From contig CAWVRN010000008.1 of NCBI GenBank assembly GCA_963932905.1, positions 1 to 64,000 of the forward strand: DNA of 64,000 bases, read 5' to 3'. Numbering within the stretch: position 1 is the stretch's first letter; every line of letters begins with the position of its first letter. Positions 45,869 through 56,231 of the stretch are shown here, piece by piece. The notes beneath the pieces were generated by a model that saw only the letters and a program-made list of their open reading frames with translations, was not told the DNA's origin and did no database searches. The position numbers and the translations under genes are program-made. The stretch comes from an uncultured Bdellovibrio sp. GTDB lineage: Bacteria > Bdellovibrionota > Bdellovibrionia > Bdellovibrionales > Bdellovibrionaceae.

Positions 45869-46915
45869 ATGGCAGATTGGCGTAATAAATCCGAAGTAAA
45901 TGGTGACGTGGTTTTTTTTCGTTATGCTCCCGAGGGGTTGGAAAAAGGCGCTGACGAAGTCTTCATTTGGGATTTGGATAAAACATATTTAGATACGACG
46001 ATTGATTCATTACGTGGGTTATTTAAAACCATTATGGAACGCGCGTTGAACAAAAAAAATGTTCCAGGAACTGATACGCTTCTAAGAAATTTGGCGCAGT
46101 ATCGTACAGAACAAAAAGGAACAGAATACTTTCCTATTTATTTTATCACGGCAAGTCCACCGCAACTAGAAGATCGTATTTCTGAAAAGTTTTATATCGA
46201 CAATATCAATCCTCTGGGTTGTTTCTACAAAGACAATTTAAAGAACTTAAAACCTGATCGATTTTGGCGTTTAACAAAACAAGTAGGTTACAAATTGCAA
46301 GCCTTGATGCAGTTGCGGACTCGCTTAAGTGAAAGTGTAAAACAGATTTGCTGGGGTGACGATAGTGAAAGCGATGCGATCATTTATAATTTGTATTCAG
46401 ACATTTGTGCGCGAAGAATTTCTATTCAAGAAATTCGTAGTGTGCTGGAAGAACTTTACGTAACAGGCGACCAAGTGGATACGATTTTGGATTTACAGTC
46501 TCAGTGTCCAGAGCTTGATCCGGTAGAAAAAATATATATTAATTTAGCAACAGATACAGATCCGGAGTACTATTTAAAATTTGGTCGTCGGACGCTACCA
46601 ACATACAACACTTTCCAAGTGGCATTAGATCTGTTGCAAGACAAGCGATTGAATTTTGATGGCTTGATGGAAGTGCTGAACGATATGGTTTATAACTACT
46701 ATTACACAACCGAAGAATTAATTAAAAGTTTCGATGAACTGATTCGTCGAGGTGTTTTGTCACAGGAAACGTACCTGAATTTAAAACCTAAGTTCGTAGA
46801 AAAAGGAGTTCTGTATCCTTCCTACGAACCATCTTCTAGCAGTTTTGATAAAACGTTGTATATCGAAGAACCTTGGGTGCAAGAGCACGTGGATTATTTA
46901 AACGAGTACCGCTAA
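45869..46915 (+). CDS. HAD-like/App1-type phosphatase-domain protein
   Basis: WDLDKTYL (DxDxT), FITASP, GYK, WGDDSESD motifs. Confidence 0.72.
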   Translation: MADWRNKSEVNGDVVFFRYAPEGLEKGADEVFIWDLDKTYLDTTIDSLRGLFKTIMERALNKKNVPGTDTLLRNLAQYRTEQKGTEYFPIYFITASPPQLEDRISEKFYIDNINPLGCFYKDNLKNLKPDRFWRLTKQVGYKLQALMQLRTRLSESVKQICWGDDSESDAIIYNLYSDICARRISIQEIRSVLEELYVTGDQVDTILDLQSQCPELDPVEKIYINLATDTDPEYYLKFGRRTLPTYNTFQVALDLLQDKRLNFDGLMEVLNDMVYNYYYTTEELIKSFDELIRRGVLSQETYLNLKPKFVEKGVLYPSYEPSSSSFDKTLYIEEPWVQEHVDYLNEYR

Positions 46916-47036
46916 CTACGGTCGGTCAAGCAATACGGTCTTCTTGCCCTCGATACGCAACGATGAATGATCGCCGATGGCGAAACCATTTTAGATCGAG
47001 GTAACTGTGGACCGTTACTGGAAGTTTACTAAGGCA

Positions 47037-47825
47037 TTATTCGAAATTAAGTGGAATAACAGTTGATATAGGTTCACCATCGAAGGCTTTGAATTCGATG
47101 CGATTCAGAACTTCAAACAAACACGCTTTGAAACTATTGTCTGTCAGTACCGAGCTAGCCACGGTCGGGTTAATTACGCGGCCATTACGTTCGATAGTAA
47201 ACGCGAGTGTCACTGAGCCAGAAACACCGGGGGTCTTTTGCAGGAGTTTATTATAGCACTGCAAGAACTTGGCTTTGTGAGTTTGAATGGTATCGCTGAT
47301 AATTGTTTCTGATAATTTGTCACTAGATCCATAGGCACTGAGTGCCGCCTGTTTGTTTGGCGTGCTGAGAGCTGCAAACCACTGTTCCCATTCTTGAAGG
47401 CGAATGCGTTGGCCTTGGTAAGAAACCGAAACTTGATTTTGTGAACCATAGCTTTCGATAGAAAACGAACCTTTGGATAGTATAATCAACGTGATGTCAC
47501 GTTCTTGATCAATGATAACTTTGGTTTCAGCATTTAAACGAATTTTAGTGTCGTCTTTGAACTGAATTTCAACACGGCTTTGTTTGTGTGTTTCAATTGT
47601 GTCTAAAATCATCAGTGGTTCGGAATCGCCAAGCAGATGAGATCGAGATTGGTTTTTTCGTGTTAGGGACGCATTGCCTGCCAATTTTTCAATTTGGCCC
47701 AGCACTTGAGGTTTAGACAGAGTTTTTGAACTGGGCTTACTAAGTAAATAGCCAATCGTGAGAAAGCCAACACCTAAAAATAAAAAGATATACGTATAAA
47801 TGTTATCTTGAAGCGAGGCTTTCAT
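47037..47825 (-). CDS. Membrane protein with FecR-like and AgmX/PglI (TonB-C-like) C-terminal domains
   Basis: TM, IETHKQSRVEIQFKDDTKIRL, then CY...GSVTLAFTIERNGRV...C...F...PLNF. Confidence 0.72.
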   Translation of the reverse strand: MKASLQDNIYTYIFLFLGVGFLTIGYLLSKPSSKTLSKPQVLGQIEKLAGNASLTRKNQSRSHLLGDSEPLMILDTIETHKQSRVEIQFKDDTKIRLNAETKVIIDQERDITLIILSKGSFSIESYGSQNQVSVSYQGQRIRLQEWEQWFAALSTPNKQAALSAYGSSDKLSETIISDTIQTHKAKFLQCYNKLLQKTPGVSGSVTLAFTIERNGRVINPTVASSVLTDNSFKACLFEVLNRIEFKAFDGEPISTVIPLNFE

Positions 47826-47837
47826 TGATAGAATAAA

Positions 47838-48260
47838 TTATTTCTTTTCTGCAGCTGGAGCCGCTGGCGTTGCCGGAGCTGCGGGCGCAGTAGCCGTTGG
47901 ATCAGTTGATTTAGTAGGGTCTGGAGTCACTGAACCTGGCTTAGCTTCTTGCTGAACAGGCGTTGTTGGGCTGGTTTCAGGAATTGGGCTAGTCGTAGTT
48001 GTAGAATGCAATTGATCCACAACCGATTTGTTATCATGAGCTAAGAAATAAGTCAGAGCGATACAAGATGCCGCGAAAAGAATCGCCACCCATTTAGTCA
48101 GTGTCGCTGCCAATGTCTGTGCACCTGTGGCTCCTAACAATGAATTAGAACCACTGCCACCGATACCCAAAGCGCCGCCACCTTTAGAATCTTGCATAAG
48201 AACAAGTCCGCAAAGAGCGATTGTTACGATAATGTGTAATACAGATAAAAAATCAACCAT
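47838..48260 (-). CDS. secG: Preprotein translocase subunit SecG
   Basis: VLMQDSKGGGALG, two TMs, LTKWVAILF; Pro/Ala/Thr tail. Confidence 0.92.
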   Translation of the reverse strand: MVDFLSVLHIIVTIALCGLVLMQDSKGGGALGIGGSGSNSLLGATGAQTLAATLTKWVAILFAASCIALTYFLAHDNKSVVDQLHSTTTTSPIPETSPTTPVQQEAKPGSVTPDPTKSTDPTATAPAAPATPAAPAAEKK

Positions 48261-48400
48261 GGGTAATACCTCGAGTAAAATTATGACGTAGGAATATCCA
48301 AAGGAATATCTAGGCTAAATGGATTTTTCTCAATTCATAACTCTGCGCATAAAACTAAATATGTCTTTATCTTTCAAGGCAATTACATCCATATAGCGGC

Positions 48401-49036
48401 ATGGCTTTTATCGTATTCGAAGGGCTCGACGGCTCAGGCAAGAGCACTCTGATGAATCGGCTCTCTCAAGTTTTAAAGGATCAAAATATTGATCACGAAA
48501 TGACCCGCGAACCCGGTGGTACCGAATTAGGTGACAAACTCCGGGACCTAATCCTCGCGAAGGGTCCCAATGCGCCCACACCTCGGGCCGAGCTCCTTAT
48601 GTACGAAGCTTCACGGGCACAATTAGTCGAAACGTGGATTAAACCGCGTTTGCAAAAAGGCGGCTGGGTTTTATCCGATCGTTTTGCTGCAAGTTCCATC
48701 GCATTTCAAGCAGGTGGTCGTAATATCAATGAAGCCGACGTTGTTTGGTTAAATCACTTCGCCACAACGGGATTAGAACCGGATCTGTATATTTTACTCG
48801 ATGTCACTGTTGAAGAATCAAAACGTCGACGTAAAAGTCGCCAAGATTCGACCAGTGTAGCTGAAGATCGTATCGAAGCGGAAAAAGATGACTTCCATAA
48901 TCGTGTTCGCGACGGATTTTTAAAATTAGCTAAAAACAATCCCAAGCAGTGGTTTGTGGTTTCAGCCGAATTAAGTACCGAAAAAATGTTAGAACTTGTT
49001 CTTCAGCGTATGAGGGAACATAAATGGCTCAAATAG
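48401..49036 (+). CDS. tmk: Thymidylate kinase
   Basis: FEGLDGSGKST, TREPGGT, SDRF, DRIE. Confidence 0.97.
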   Translation: MAFIVFEGLDGSGKSTLMNRLSQVLKDQNIDHEMTREPGGTELGDKLRDLILAKGPNAPTPRAELLMYEASRAQLVETWIKPRLQKGGWVLSDRFAASSIAFQAGGRNINEADVVWLNHFATTGLEPDLYILLDVTVEESKRRRKSRQDSTSVAEDRIEAEKDDFHNRVRDGFLKLAKNNPKQWFVVSAELSTEKMLELVLQRMREHKWLK

Positions 49037-49989
49037 CAGCCCAGGTCGTAGGCCATCAAAATCAATGGGAGCAAGTTAAGAAAATTATCTCATCTGATTT
49101 GCAGTCTGGATCGTTCCTTTTTTCTGGTCCCGAAGGGATCGGTAAAAAGAAAATGGCGATGGCGGTGGCGCAATATTTTCTGTGCGAAACTCAATCGGGT
49201 TGTGGCCATTGTGGTTCATGCCGTCGCGTCGAGGCGGGAACTCATGAAGGATTATTACTTGTCGATGAAGGTGATGACATTCTGAAAATGGATGAAGTTC
49301 ACAAGATAAAAGAATTTTTGAAATTAAAATCGCTCAGTGGTGCCCGTTTCATCCTGATTAACAATGCTCACCGAATGAATATCCCGACGTCAAATGCGTT
49401 GCTAAAAACGTTAGAAGAACCACCGGAAGGCGTGTATTTCTTTCTAATTTCATCGCGTATCAGCGGTTTGTTGATGACGATCAAATCCCGCTGCCGATTG
49501 ATTCCATTTTCTATTTTGACTGAAAAAGACCTCGAACGCGTAAGTCTAATGAACGAGTTCACATTATTGAATTTTAAAAATAGTGGGCAGCTGCATTTAG
49601 TTGCTAAAAGTCAGGACAAAGACTTCCGTCCTATCGTCGAGTTAGCCTGTGAAATTCTAGATTGTATTGCCGAAGCTCGCTATACTCCTTTAACTGACGC
49701 GCAGAAGTCGACGGTGAAAAATAAGGATCAGTTTCAGGATTTAATTACATACTTGGAAATTATGGTTCGTGACGTGTTACTGACGCAAGCGGCGCCAAAT
49801 GCGGATATGGCGACGGTGTATTTTGAAGAGTATCGAAAAGATATTCAGGCGTGGGCGCAAGTGAATAGTTTAGTTTGGTCGCAATTTTACGAAATTTTAG
49901 AGACTAAAAAAGAAGATTTATTTTTAAGCCCCGATGCCAATTTATTTATCGAATCATTGATCGTAGATAACTTAAGGAGTGTGATCTAG
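49024..49989 (+). CDS. holB: DNA polymerase III delta-prime subunit
   Basis: GPEGIGK, CGHCGSC zinc motif, NALLKTLEEPP, TIKSRC; follows tmk. Confidence 0.92.
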   Translation: MAQIAAQVVGHQNQWEQVKKIISSDLQSGSFLFSGPEGIGKKKMAMAVAQYFLCETQSGCGHCGSCRRVEAGTHEGLLLVDEGDDILKMDEVHKIKEFLKLKSLSGARFILINNAHRMNIPTSNALLKTLEEPPEGVYFFLISSRISGLLMTIKSRCRLIPFSILTEKDLERVSLMNEFTLLNFKNSGQLHLVAKSQDKDFRPIVELACEILDCIAEARYTPLTDAQKSTVKNKDQFQDLITYLEIMVRDVLLTQAAPNADMATVYFEEYRKDIQAWAQVNSLVWSQFYEILETKKEDLFLSPDANLFIESLIVDNLRSVI

Positions 49990-50768
49990 TGGCAAATCTA
50001 TTTTGGACAGACATGCATGCCCATCTGGATAAACTTGAAGAAGGCCCAGAGAAGGCAATTGAAGCGGCATTGGCTCAAAATGTGAAACGAATTGTAACGA
50101 TTGCGACAGATCCGAATGATCTAAAAACTGTGTTAGAGTACGCAAATAAATATAGCCCTCACGTTTACTGCACGTTAGGAATTCATCCTCACGAGGGTGT
50201 GACGTACACTCCGGAAGTTCGTCAGTTTATAAAACAAAATGCGACTCATCCACGTGTGATTGCCATCGGTGAAATTGGTTTGGATTACTACTACGAACAA
50301 TCACCGAAAAAAGAACAATTGGCTGCGTTTCGTGATCAATTGGAGCTGGCTCAGGAATTGGGTTTGCCGATTGAAATTCACACGCGTGATGCAGAGCCGG
50401 ACACGGTCAATTTGCTTAAAGAATATCAAGGTAAAGTAAAGGGAATCATCCATTGTTTTACGGGTACGCAATGGTTAGCGGATGAATGTTTGGCTTTAGG
50501 ATACAATATTTCTATTTCGGGCATCGTAACATTCAAGAATGCTGCTGATTTGCGCAAAGTTGTCGAGAGCATTCCGTTAGACAGACTTCATGTGGAAACG
50601 GATTCACCGTTTTTGGCGCCCGTTCCGATGCGTGGAAAACAAAACACACCAAGCTATGTCGTGCATACGGCGCAGTTTGTGGCCGATCTTAAAAAAATAT
50701 CCGTCGAAGATTTATGTTTACAAACGAACAAAAATGCGGAAAAAATGTTCCCCAAACTATTGAATTAA
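49989..50768 (+). CDS. tatD: TatD family hydrolase
   Basis: DMHAHL, GIHPH, IGEIGLDYY, IHTRDA, IHCFTG, ETDSPFLAP. Confidence 0.95.
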   Translation: MANLFWTDMHAHLDKLEEGPEKAIEAALAQNVKRIVTIATDPNDLKTVLEYANKYSPHVYCTLGIHPHEGVTYTPEVRQFIKQNATHPRVIAIGEIGLDYYYEQSPKKEQLAAFRDQLELAQELGLPIEIHTRDAEPDTVNLLKEYQGKVKGIIHCFTGTQWLADECLALGYNISISGIVTFKNAADLRKVVESIPLDRLHVETDSPFLAPVPMRGKQNTPSYVVHTAQFVADLKKISVEDLCLQTNKNAEKMFPKLLN

Positions 50769-50789
50769 CAGCTTTTTAGTGGAGATCTC

Positions 50790-52487
50790 ATGATCAAATT
50801 GAATTCCCAAATATATAAAGTTATTGCCGCGATCGTGTCCGTTGTTTTTATCTCTGGTTTTGCTCATGCACAAAATGCAAAAGAGTTATCCATTGGAACT
50901 AACACTGAATTTGAAACGTTGAATCCAATCATCGCCTCTGTCGGCGCCTCTAAATACATGTTGTACCTAGCGACTCGCCCTTGGACATACATGGATGAAA
51001 AAAACGAATGGAAAACAAGTATCTTCAAACGCATTCCGAACTTAAAAGATAAATCCATGAAAATTGTTACTGAAGGTGGCAAGAAAAAATTAATCGCGAC
51101 TTGGGAATTTATCGATGGATTAAAATGGGGTGATGGTCATCCGATTACATGTAAAGATGCAAAATTCACATGGGAAGTCGGTTTAAGTCCAAATACATCT
51201 TTGCCAACTAAAGAAGGTTACGAAAATATCGAATCCGTTGAATGGGATGAAAAAACGCCAACTAAGTGTAATATCAAATACAAAGTGGCTAAATGGAATT
51301 TCTACGTGGATAGTCACACGCTGTTGTTGCCTGAACATTTAGAAGGACCTATTTTCCAAAAGTGGGGTAAAGAAAAAGAAGGTTACGATCGTAATACTCT
51401 TTACCAAAAGGACCCGACGCAAAAAGGTTTATGGAACGGTCCTTACGTCGTATCGGAAGTAAAACTGGGATCCCACGTCGTATTCGCTGCAAATCCAAAC
51501 TTCTACGGTTCGAAACCTAAAATTCAAAAGATCATTATTCGCATTATTCCAAATGCGGGAACGTTAGAAGCCAACTTACGTTCTAAAAATATTCAAAAGA
51601 TCTGCCGAATCGGTATGACGCTGGATCAAGCCCTGGCCTTCGACAAAAAAGTTAAAGAAGAAAACTTGCCGTATAAGGTGGAATTCCAAGACGGTATTAC
51701 TTATGCCCACATCGACGTAAACACAACTCATCCGATTTTGAGTGACCTGAAGGTTCGTCAGGCCTTGTCGTATGCGACTAACAAAGACGACATCAACAAA
51801 TCCATTTTCGAAGGTAAAGTCACAGTAGCGAACTCGATGACGTCGCCTTTGGATTCATTATACACGGCTGATTCTAAAATCGTTAAAGTCTATAAAACGG
51901 ATAAAAAACTAGCACGCAAAATGTTAGATGAGGCGGGCTGGAAGCTGGGGCCAGATGGTTTCCGTTATAAAAATGGACAGAAGCTGACATTTAAATTGGT
52001 AGGTGCTGCTGGTCTTAAGCAAATTGAAACTCTACAAGCGATTTTGCAATCGCAGTGGAAAGATGTGGGTGTGGATTTACAATTGAAAACTGATCCAACT
52101 CGCTTGCTGTTCTCTGAAACTCTACGTAAACGTAATTTTGACATGGCCGTATTTTCTTGGAGCAGTTTTCCGGGTTTAGGTAATGAATCTGTTTTACATA
52201 GCAAAAATATTCCGACGGAAAAAAATTCGTGGACTGGTCAAAACTACCACGGTTATTCGAGTCCAAAATTGGACAAGTTAACGGAAGAATATGATTACGA
52301 ATTCGATTTCAAAAAACGCAAGAAAATCACGGAAGAAATCATGAAGGAATACACAGAAAATGTTCCGGTTATACCTTTGTATTTCCGTCCAGAGGTCGCT
52401 GTAATTCCTAAGAACATGAAAAATTTCAAAATGTACGGGCACTACTACTACGAGTCCCTACAGGCTGAAAATTGGGATCTAGAATAA
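50790..52487 (+). CDS. Peptide ABC transporter substrate-binding protein (family 5)
   Basis: Signal peptide, TLNPI, KWGDGHPIT..D..FTW, NGPY, VRQAL, LDEAGW, PVIPLY. Confidence 0.92.
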   Translation: MIKLNSQIYKVIAAIVSVVFISGFAHAQNAKELSIGTNTEFETLNPIIASVGASKYMLYLATRPWTYMDEKNEWKTSIFKRIPNLKDKSMKIVTEGGKKKLIATWEFIDGLKWGDGHPITCKDAKFTWEVGLSPNTSLPTKEGYENIESVEWDEKTPTKCNIKYKVAKWNFYVDSHTLLLPEHLEGPIFQKWGKEKEGYDRNTLYQKDPTQKGLWNGPYVVSEVKLGSHVVFAANPNFYGSKPKIQKIIIRIIPNAGTLEANLRSKNIQKICRIGMTLDQALAFDKKVKEENLPYKVEFQDGITYAHIDVNTTHPILSDLKVRQALSYATNKDDINKSIFEGKVTVANSMTSPLDSLYTADSKIVKVYKTDKKLARKMLDEAGWKLGPDGFRYKNGQKLTFKLVGAAGLKQIETLQAILQSQWKDVGVDLQLKTDPTRLLFSETLRKRNFDMAVFSWSSFPGLGNESVLHSKNIPTEKNSWTGQNYHGYSSPKLDKLTEEYDYEFDFKKRKKITEEIMKEYTENVPVIPLYFRPEVAVIPKNMKNFKMYGHYYYESLQAENWDLE

Positions 52488-52516
52488 TATTTTAATTAAT
52501 TTAAGGAGAAAGTCAG

Positions 52517-53524
52517 ATGTCTAAAAAAGTAAGAGTTGGTATTAATGGTTTTGGTCGTATCGGTCGCGTCTTGTTTCGTGCTGGTTTTGAAAAACTAGAC
52601 ATCGTAGCCGTAAACTCATTGGATAGCGTAGCCGGTTCAGCTCACTTGCTTGAGTTCGATTCTACTCATGGTCGTTTTAACGCCGACGTTTCTCGTGACG
52701 ATAAAAATATTATCGTGAACGGGAAAAAGGTTCGGTACTTTTCTAGCAAAAATCCATTAGAAATTCCTTGGAAGGATGCAGGCGTCGACGTAGTTCTTGA
52801 GTGCACGGGTGCAATGAAGAACGCAGAAGACTACCAAAAACATATCACAGCGGGCGCGAAAAAAGTTTTCATTTCGGCTCCTGCGGATGGTGTTGATTTA
52901 ACAGTTGTTTTAGGCGTAAACGAAAATCAATATGACCCAACTAAGCACAAATACATTTCAAATGCGTCTTGCACGACAAATTGCTTAGCTCCGGTAGCCA
53001 AAGTATTGAACGAAACATTCGGTATTGAATTTGGTATGATGACAACAATTCATTCATACACAAATGACCAAAGAATTTTGGATGCGAATCACAAAGATGC
53101 ACGTCGCGCGCGTTCAGCGGCGTTGAGCATGATTCCTACATCAACGGGTGCGGCTAAAGCGATAGGTTTAGTTTTGCCTGAGCTAAAAGGCAAGTTGGAT
53201 GGTACTTCTGTACGTGTTCCAACTCCAAACGTGAGCTTAGTAGATCTTACTTTCAACTCCAAAAAAGACATGTCCGTGGCCTCCATCAATGAAGCGATTA
53301 AAGCGGCGGCAAGTGGCCCTCTAAAAGGTATCTTATTCGCAGAATCTAAAGAATTGGTATCAGTTGATTTCAATGGTAATCCTCACTCTTCCATCGTGGA
53401 TTTAAAAAGCACTATGGTTATCAACCCACGCATGGGTAAAGTATTGTCTTGGTATGACAACGAAACTGGATTTTCGAATCGTATGGTCGATTTTGTACAA
53501 ATCATGGGCGAGAAAGGATTATAA
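52517..53524 (+). CDS. gap: Glyceraldehyde-3-phosphate dehydrogenase
   Basis: GINGFGRIGR, SNASCTTNCLAP, SWYDNE. Confidence 0.99.
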   Translation: MSKKVRVGINGFGRIGRVLFRAGFEKLDIVAVNSLDSVAGSAHLLEFDSTHGRFNADVSRDDKNIIVNGKKVRYFSSKNPLEIPWKDAGVDVVLECTGAMKNAEDYQKHITAGAKKVFISAPADGVDLTVVLGVNENQYDPTKHKYISNASCTTNCLAPVAKVLNETFGIEFGMMTTIHSYTNDQRILDANHKDARRARSAALSMIPTSTGAAKAIGLVLPELKGKLDGTSVRVPTPNVSLVDLTFNSKKDMSVASINEAIKAAASGPLKGILFAESKELVSVDFNGNPHSSIVDLKSTMVINPRMGKVLSWYDNETGFSNRMVDFVQIMGEKGL

Positions 53525-53526
53525 TC

Positions 53527-54738
53527 GTGTCGGATCAAAAATCGGGTTTAAGAGGCATCAAGACAGTTCGCGATTTCGAAGTTGAAAATAAAGTTGTGTT
53601 TTTACGTTTGGATTTAAACGTTCCAATGGAAAAAGGCAAGATCACGGACTACACACGTATTGATGCTACTTTACCTACCGTTAAATACCTTATCGAAAAA
53701 GGGGCTAAAATAGTTATGGCGTCTCACTTGGGACGTCCAAAGACATCTAAAGACAAAGAATTTTCTTTAGAGCCAGTGGCGAAAGCAATGTCCGAGCGCT
53801 TAAATAAAGATGTGTTATTAGTTGAAGATCCAAGTGCAAAAGCAGTAAAGCAACTGCTGCATACATTAGGCAAAGACCAAATTATCTTATTAGAAAATGT
53901 TCGCTTTGAAGCGGGCGAAACCGAAGATTCAGAAGAGTTTGCCAGTCGTTTAGCTTCTTACACTGACATCTATATCAACGATGCATTTGGTGCGTCCCAT
54001 CGCGCCCATGCAACGATTCATGCATTACCAGCGATGATTCCAAATCGTGGTATCGGGTTTTTGATCGAAAAAGAAATTCAAATGTTAGATGGTCTATTAG
54101 TAAATCCTAAACGCCCTTATGTGGCTATTCTGGGTGGCGCGAAAGTTTCTGATAAGATCGGTGTGATCGAAAAATTAATGGACGTAGTTGATGCGTTTAT
54201 TATCGGCGGTGCAATGGCGTACACGTTTTTGAAAGCTCAGGGTCATTTTGTTGGCAAATCGCGCGTTGAAGAAGACAAAGTTAAATACGCTAAAGAATTA
54301 CTAGCTAGAATCGATGCTCGTAATAAAACAATTTTATTACCTGTGGACCACTTGGTAACAACAAGTATTACAGACACAGCGAGTGCTAAAGTTAAAAAAG
54401 AATTCGGTGAAACAGAAATGGGTGTTGATATCGGTCCAGAAACATTGAAAAACTATTCGGCTTTGATCAAAGAGGCGGGAACTGTTTTCTGGAATGGTCC
54501 AATGGGCGTTTTTGAAACTCCTGAATTCTCTAAAGGTACGTTTGGCTTAGCGAAAGTTATCGCAGAAAGCAAAGGCACAACAATCATCGGTGGTGGTGAC
54601 AGCGCGGCGGCAGCTGAACAAAGTGGTTTCGCAGATAAAATGACTCATATTTCTACCGGCGGTGGTGCTAGTCTTGAGTATTTACAAGGTGATAAGCTTC
54701 CTGGTTTAGAAGTACTACGATTTAAAGTTCGTTCATAA
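53527..54738 (+). CDS. pgk: Phosphoglycerate kinase
   Basis: RLDLNVP, SHLGRP, LENVRF, NDAFGASHRAHA, GGAKVSDKI, STGGGASLE. Confidence 0.99.
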   Translation: MSDQKSGLRGIKTVRDFEVENKVVFLRLDLNVPMEKGKITDYTRIDATLPTVKYLIEKGAKIVMASHLGRPKTSKDKEFSLEPVAKAMSERLNKDVLLVEDPSAKAVKQLLHTLGKDQIILLENVRFEAGETEDSEEFASRLASYTDIYINDAFGASHRAHATIHALPAMIPNRGIGFLIEKEIQMLDGLLVNPKRPYVAILGGAKVSDKIGVIEKLMDVVDAFIIGGAMAYTFLKAQGHFVGKSRVEEDKVKYAKELLARIDARNKTILLPVDHLVTTSITDTASAKVKKEFGETEMGVDIGPETLKNYSALIKEAGTVFWNGPMGVFETPEFSKGTFGLAKVIAESKGTTIIGGGDSAAAAEQSGFADKMTHISTGGGASLEYLQGDKLPGLEVLRFKVRS

Positions 54739-54756
54739 TTTTTGAAAGGCGTGGGG

Positions 54757-55524
54757 ATGAAAAATATAATTTTAGCTGCAAATTGGAAATTAAATAAATC
54801 TCCTGCCGAAACTCGTAGTTTTTTTCAAAAATTTCTTGAGGATGCAAAAACGAAGTCTTTTTATCCTCAAATTGGAAAACATTTTCAAATTGCGTTCTTT
54901 CCTTCTGCCATTTCATTGGAAGCTACAAGCCAGTCTTTAAAAGGTTCGGCAGTCCGATTTGGCGGCCAGAATATCTATTCTGAATCGCAAGGTGCTTTCA
55001 CTGGAGAGAATTCAGCGAAAGTTATTAAAGAGTTAAATGGCCATTATGCTTTGATTGGCCATTCAGAGCGTCGTCAATATTTTCATGAAACGAATGCGTT
55101 GTTAAACAAGAAAATTCACCACGCTTTGAAGTCGGATTTGATACCTATGCTCTGCATTGGTGAAACATTAGAAGAGCGTGAGAGTGGAAAGACGGAAGCT
55201 GTGCTGTTGTCTCAGCTAACTGAAGGCTTGAAGGAAATAAATTCTTCTAACGGCAAAACGTTAGTAGTGGCGTATGAACCTGTTTGGGCTATCGGTACAG
55301 GTAAAATTGCAACAGCAGAGCAAGTGAAAGATACTCATGCATTCATTCATAAAACTCTAACAAAGCTGGATTTGTCAGACACACCAATTCTATACGGTGG
55401 TTCGGTCAAAGCATCCAATGCTCAGGAGTTAATTCAAATTCCAAATGTGAATGGATTTCTAGTTGGTGGGGCTTCCCTTGAGGTTCCGTCCTTTCTTGAC
55501 CTAATACAAAATAGTCTGATGTAG
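54757..55524 (+). CDS. tpiA: Triosephosphate isomerase
   Basis: ANWKLN, GHSERR, AYEPVWAIGTG, YGGSV, LVGGASL. Confidence 0.99.
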   Translation: MKNIILAANWKLNKSPAETRSFFQKFLEDAKTKSFYPQIGKHFQIAFFPSAISLEATSQSLKGSAVRFGGQNIYSESQGAFTGENSAKVIKELNGHYALIGHSERRQYFHETNALLNKKIHHALKSDLIPMLCIGETLEERESGKTEAVLLSQLTEGLKEINSSNGKTLVVAYEPVWAIGTGKIATAEQVKDTHAFIHKTLTKLDLSDTPILYGGSVKASNAQELIQIPNVNGFLVGGASLEVPSFLDLIQNSLM

Positions 55525-55684
55525 ATTGCGCGATATTTGCGTCATTTTTTCTACATCTCAAACGCCTTTTTATTCGATCAGAGTAGAGGCGGATGCAGAC
55601 TTGATGCGTTGCGTGAAGTATCATTTTTGTCACTGCCGTAAGAATCCTATTTTAAGCCGATTTCGTATTTAAAAATACTAGTTA

Positions 55685-55746
55685 AATCAATTAGTTATGC
55701 AGATGGAATTTCCGGGTTGTTTTGAGAACTGGGATTCCAGATTGCA
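55685..55746 (+). promoter_or_regulatory. IHF site plus putative sigma54 promoter
   Basis: AATCAA-TTAG-TTA (WATCAANNNNTTR) at 55685-55697; GG-N10-GC (GGATTCCAGATTGCA) at 55732-55746. Confidence 0.45.
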
Positions 55747-55797
55747 CCATTCTCTCGTAAAATAGAGGAGTGTGGACGACTCCTCTTCTGAGAGAGG

Positions 55798-56049
55798 ATG
55801 TTATTTATGAACGTGAAGATTCATTTTCGCCGTTGCCACTGTTGTAATGAAGCGAATGAGTGCGTTGGTGATCTTGTTACAGAGTGTTTGGTTTGCGGCA
55901 AACGCCTATTGCCATTTTTATATTTCGATGAGCGTGTTGAATACGGATTTTCGCAATTAAAATCTAAAAAAGTAAAAGTGAAAACGATATTGCCTCATTC
56001 GGTTTATCCACCACTCGTTGGCATGTCGAGCGTTTGGGAAATAGAATAA
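55798..56049 (+). CDS. Small putative zinc-ribbon protein
   Basis: CHCC...CLVCGK Cys pairs; GAGAGG upstream; start could be 55807. Confidence 0.65.
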   Translation: MLFMNVKIHFRRCHCCNEANECVGDLVTECLVCGKRLLPFLYFDERVEYGFSQLKSKKVKVKTILPHSVYPPLVGMSSVWEIE

Positions 56050-56231
56050 TTTTTGATCACATTTTCTATTCAAAATTGAACGGTCGTCCAAAAATGCCCC
56101 GAGCTTGAAAAACTCGACGCAGAGAAGATTTTTTCCTTGAGTTCCGACTCTAAAGAAACAATGCTTAAGTAAATTCGAAGAAGAAAGATTTTATTTTTCC
56201 TCTTCACAAATAACTTAGCATAGGAGTTCGA

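Noticed and set aside
46955..46990. Hammerhead ribozyme suggested by GATGA...CGAAAC
   Set aside because: Core CUGANGA is absent
48277..48310. Weak inverted similarity to 55532-55550 (GATATT..CGTCAT) as inversion breakpoints, and an AGGAATATC direct repeat
   Set aside because: Short, differently spaced and AT-rich; compatible with chance
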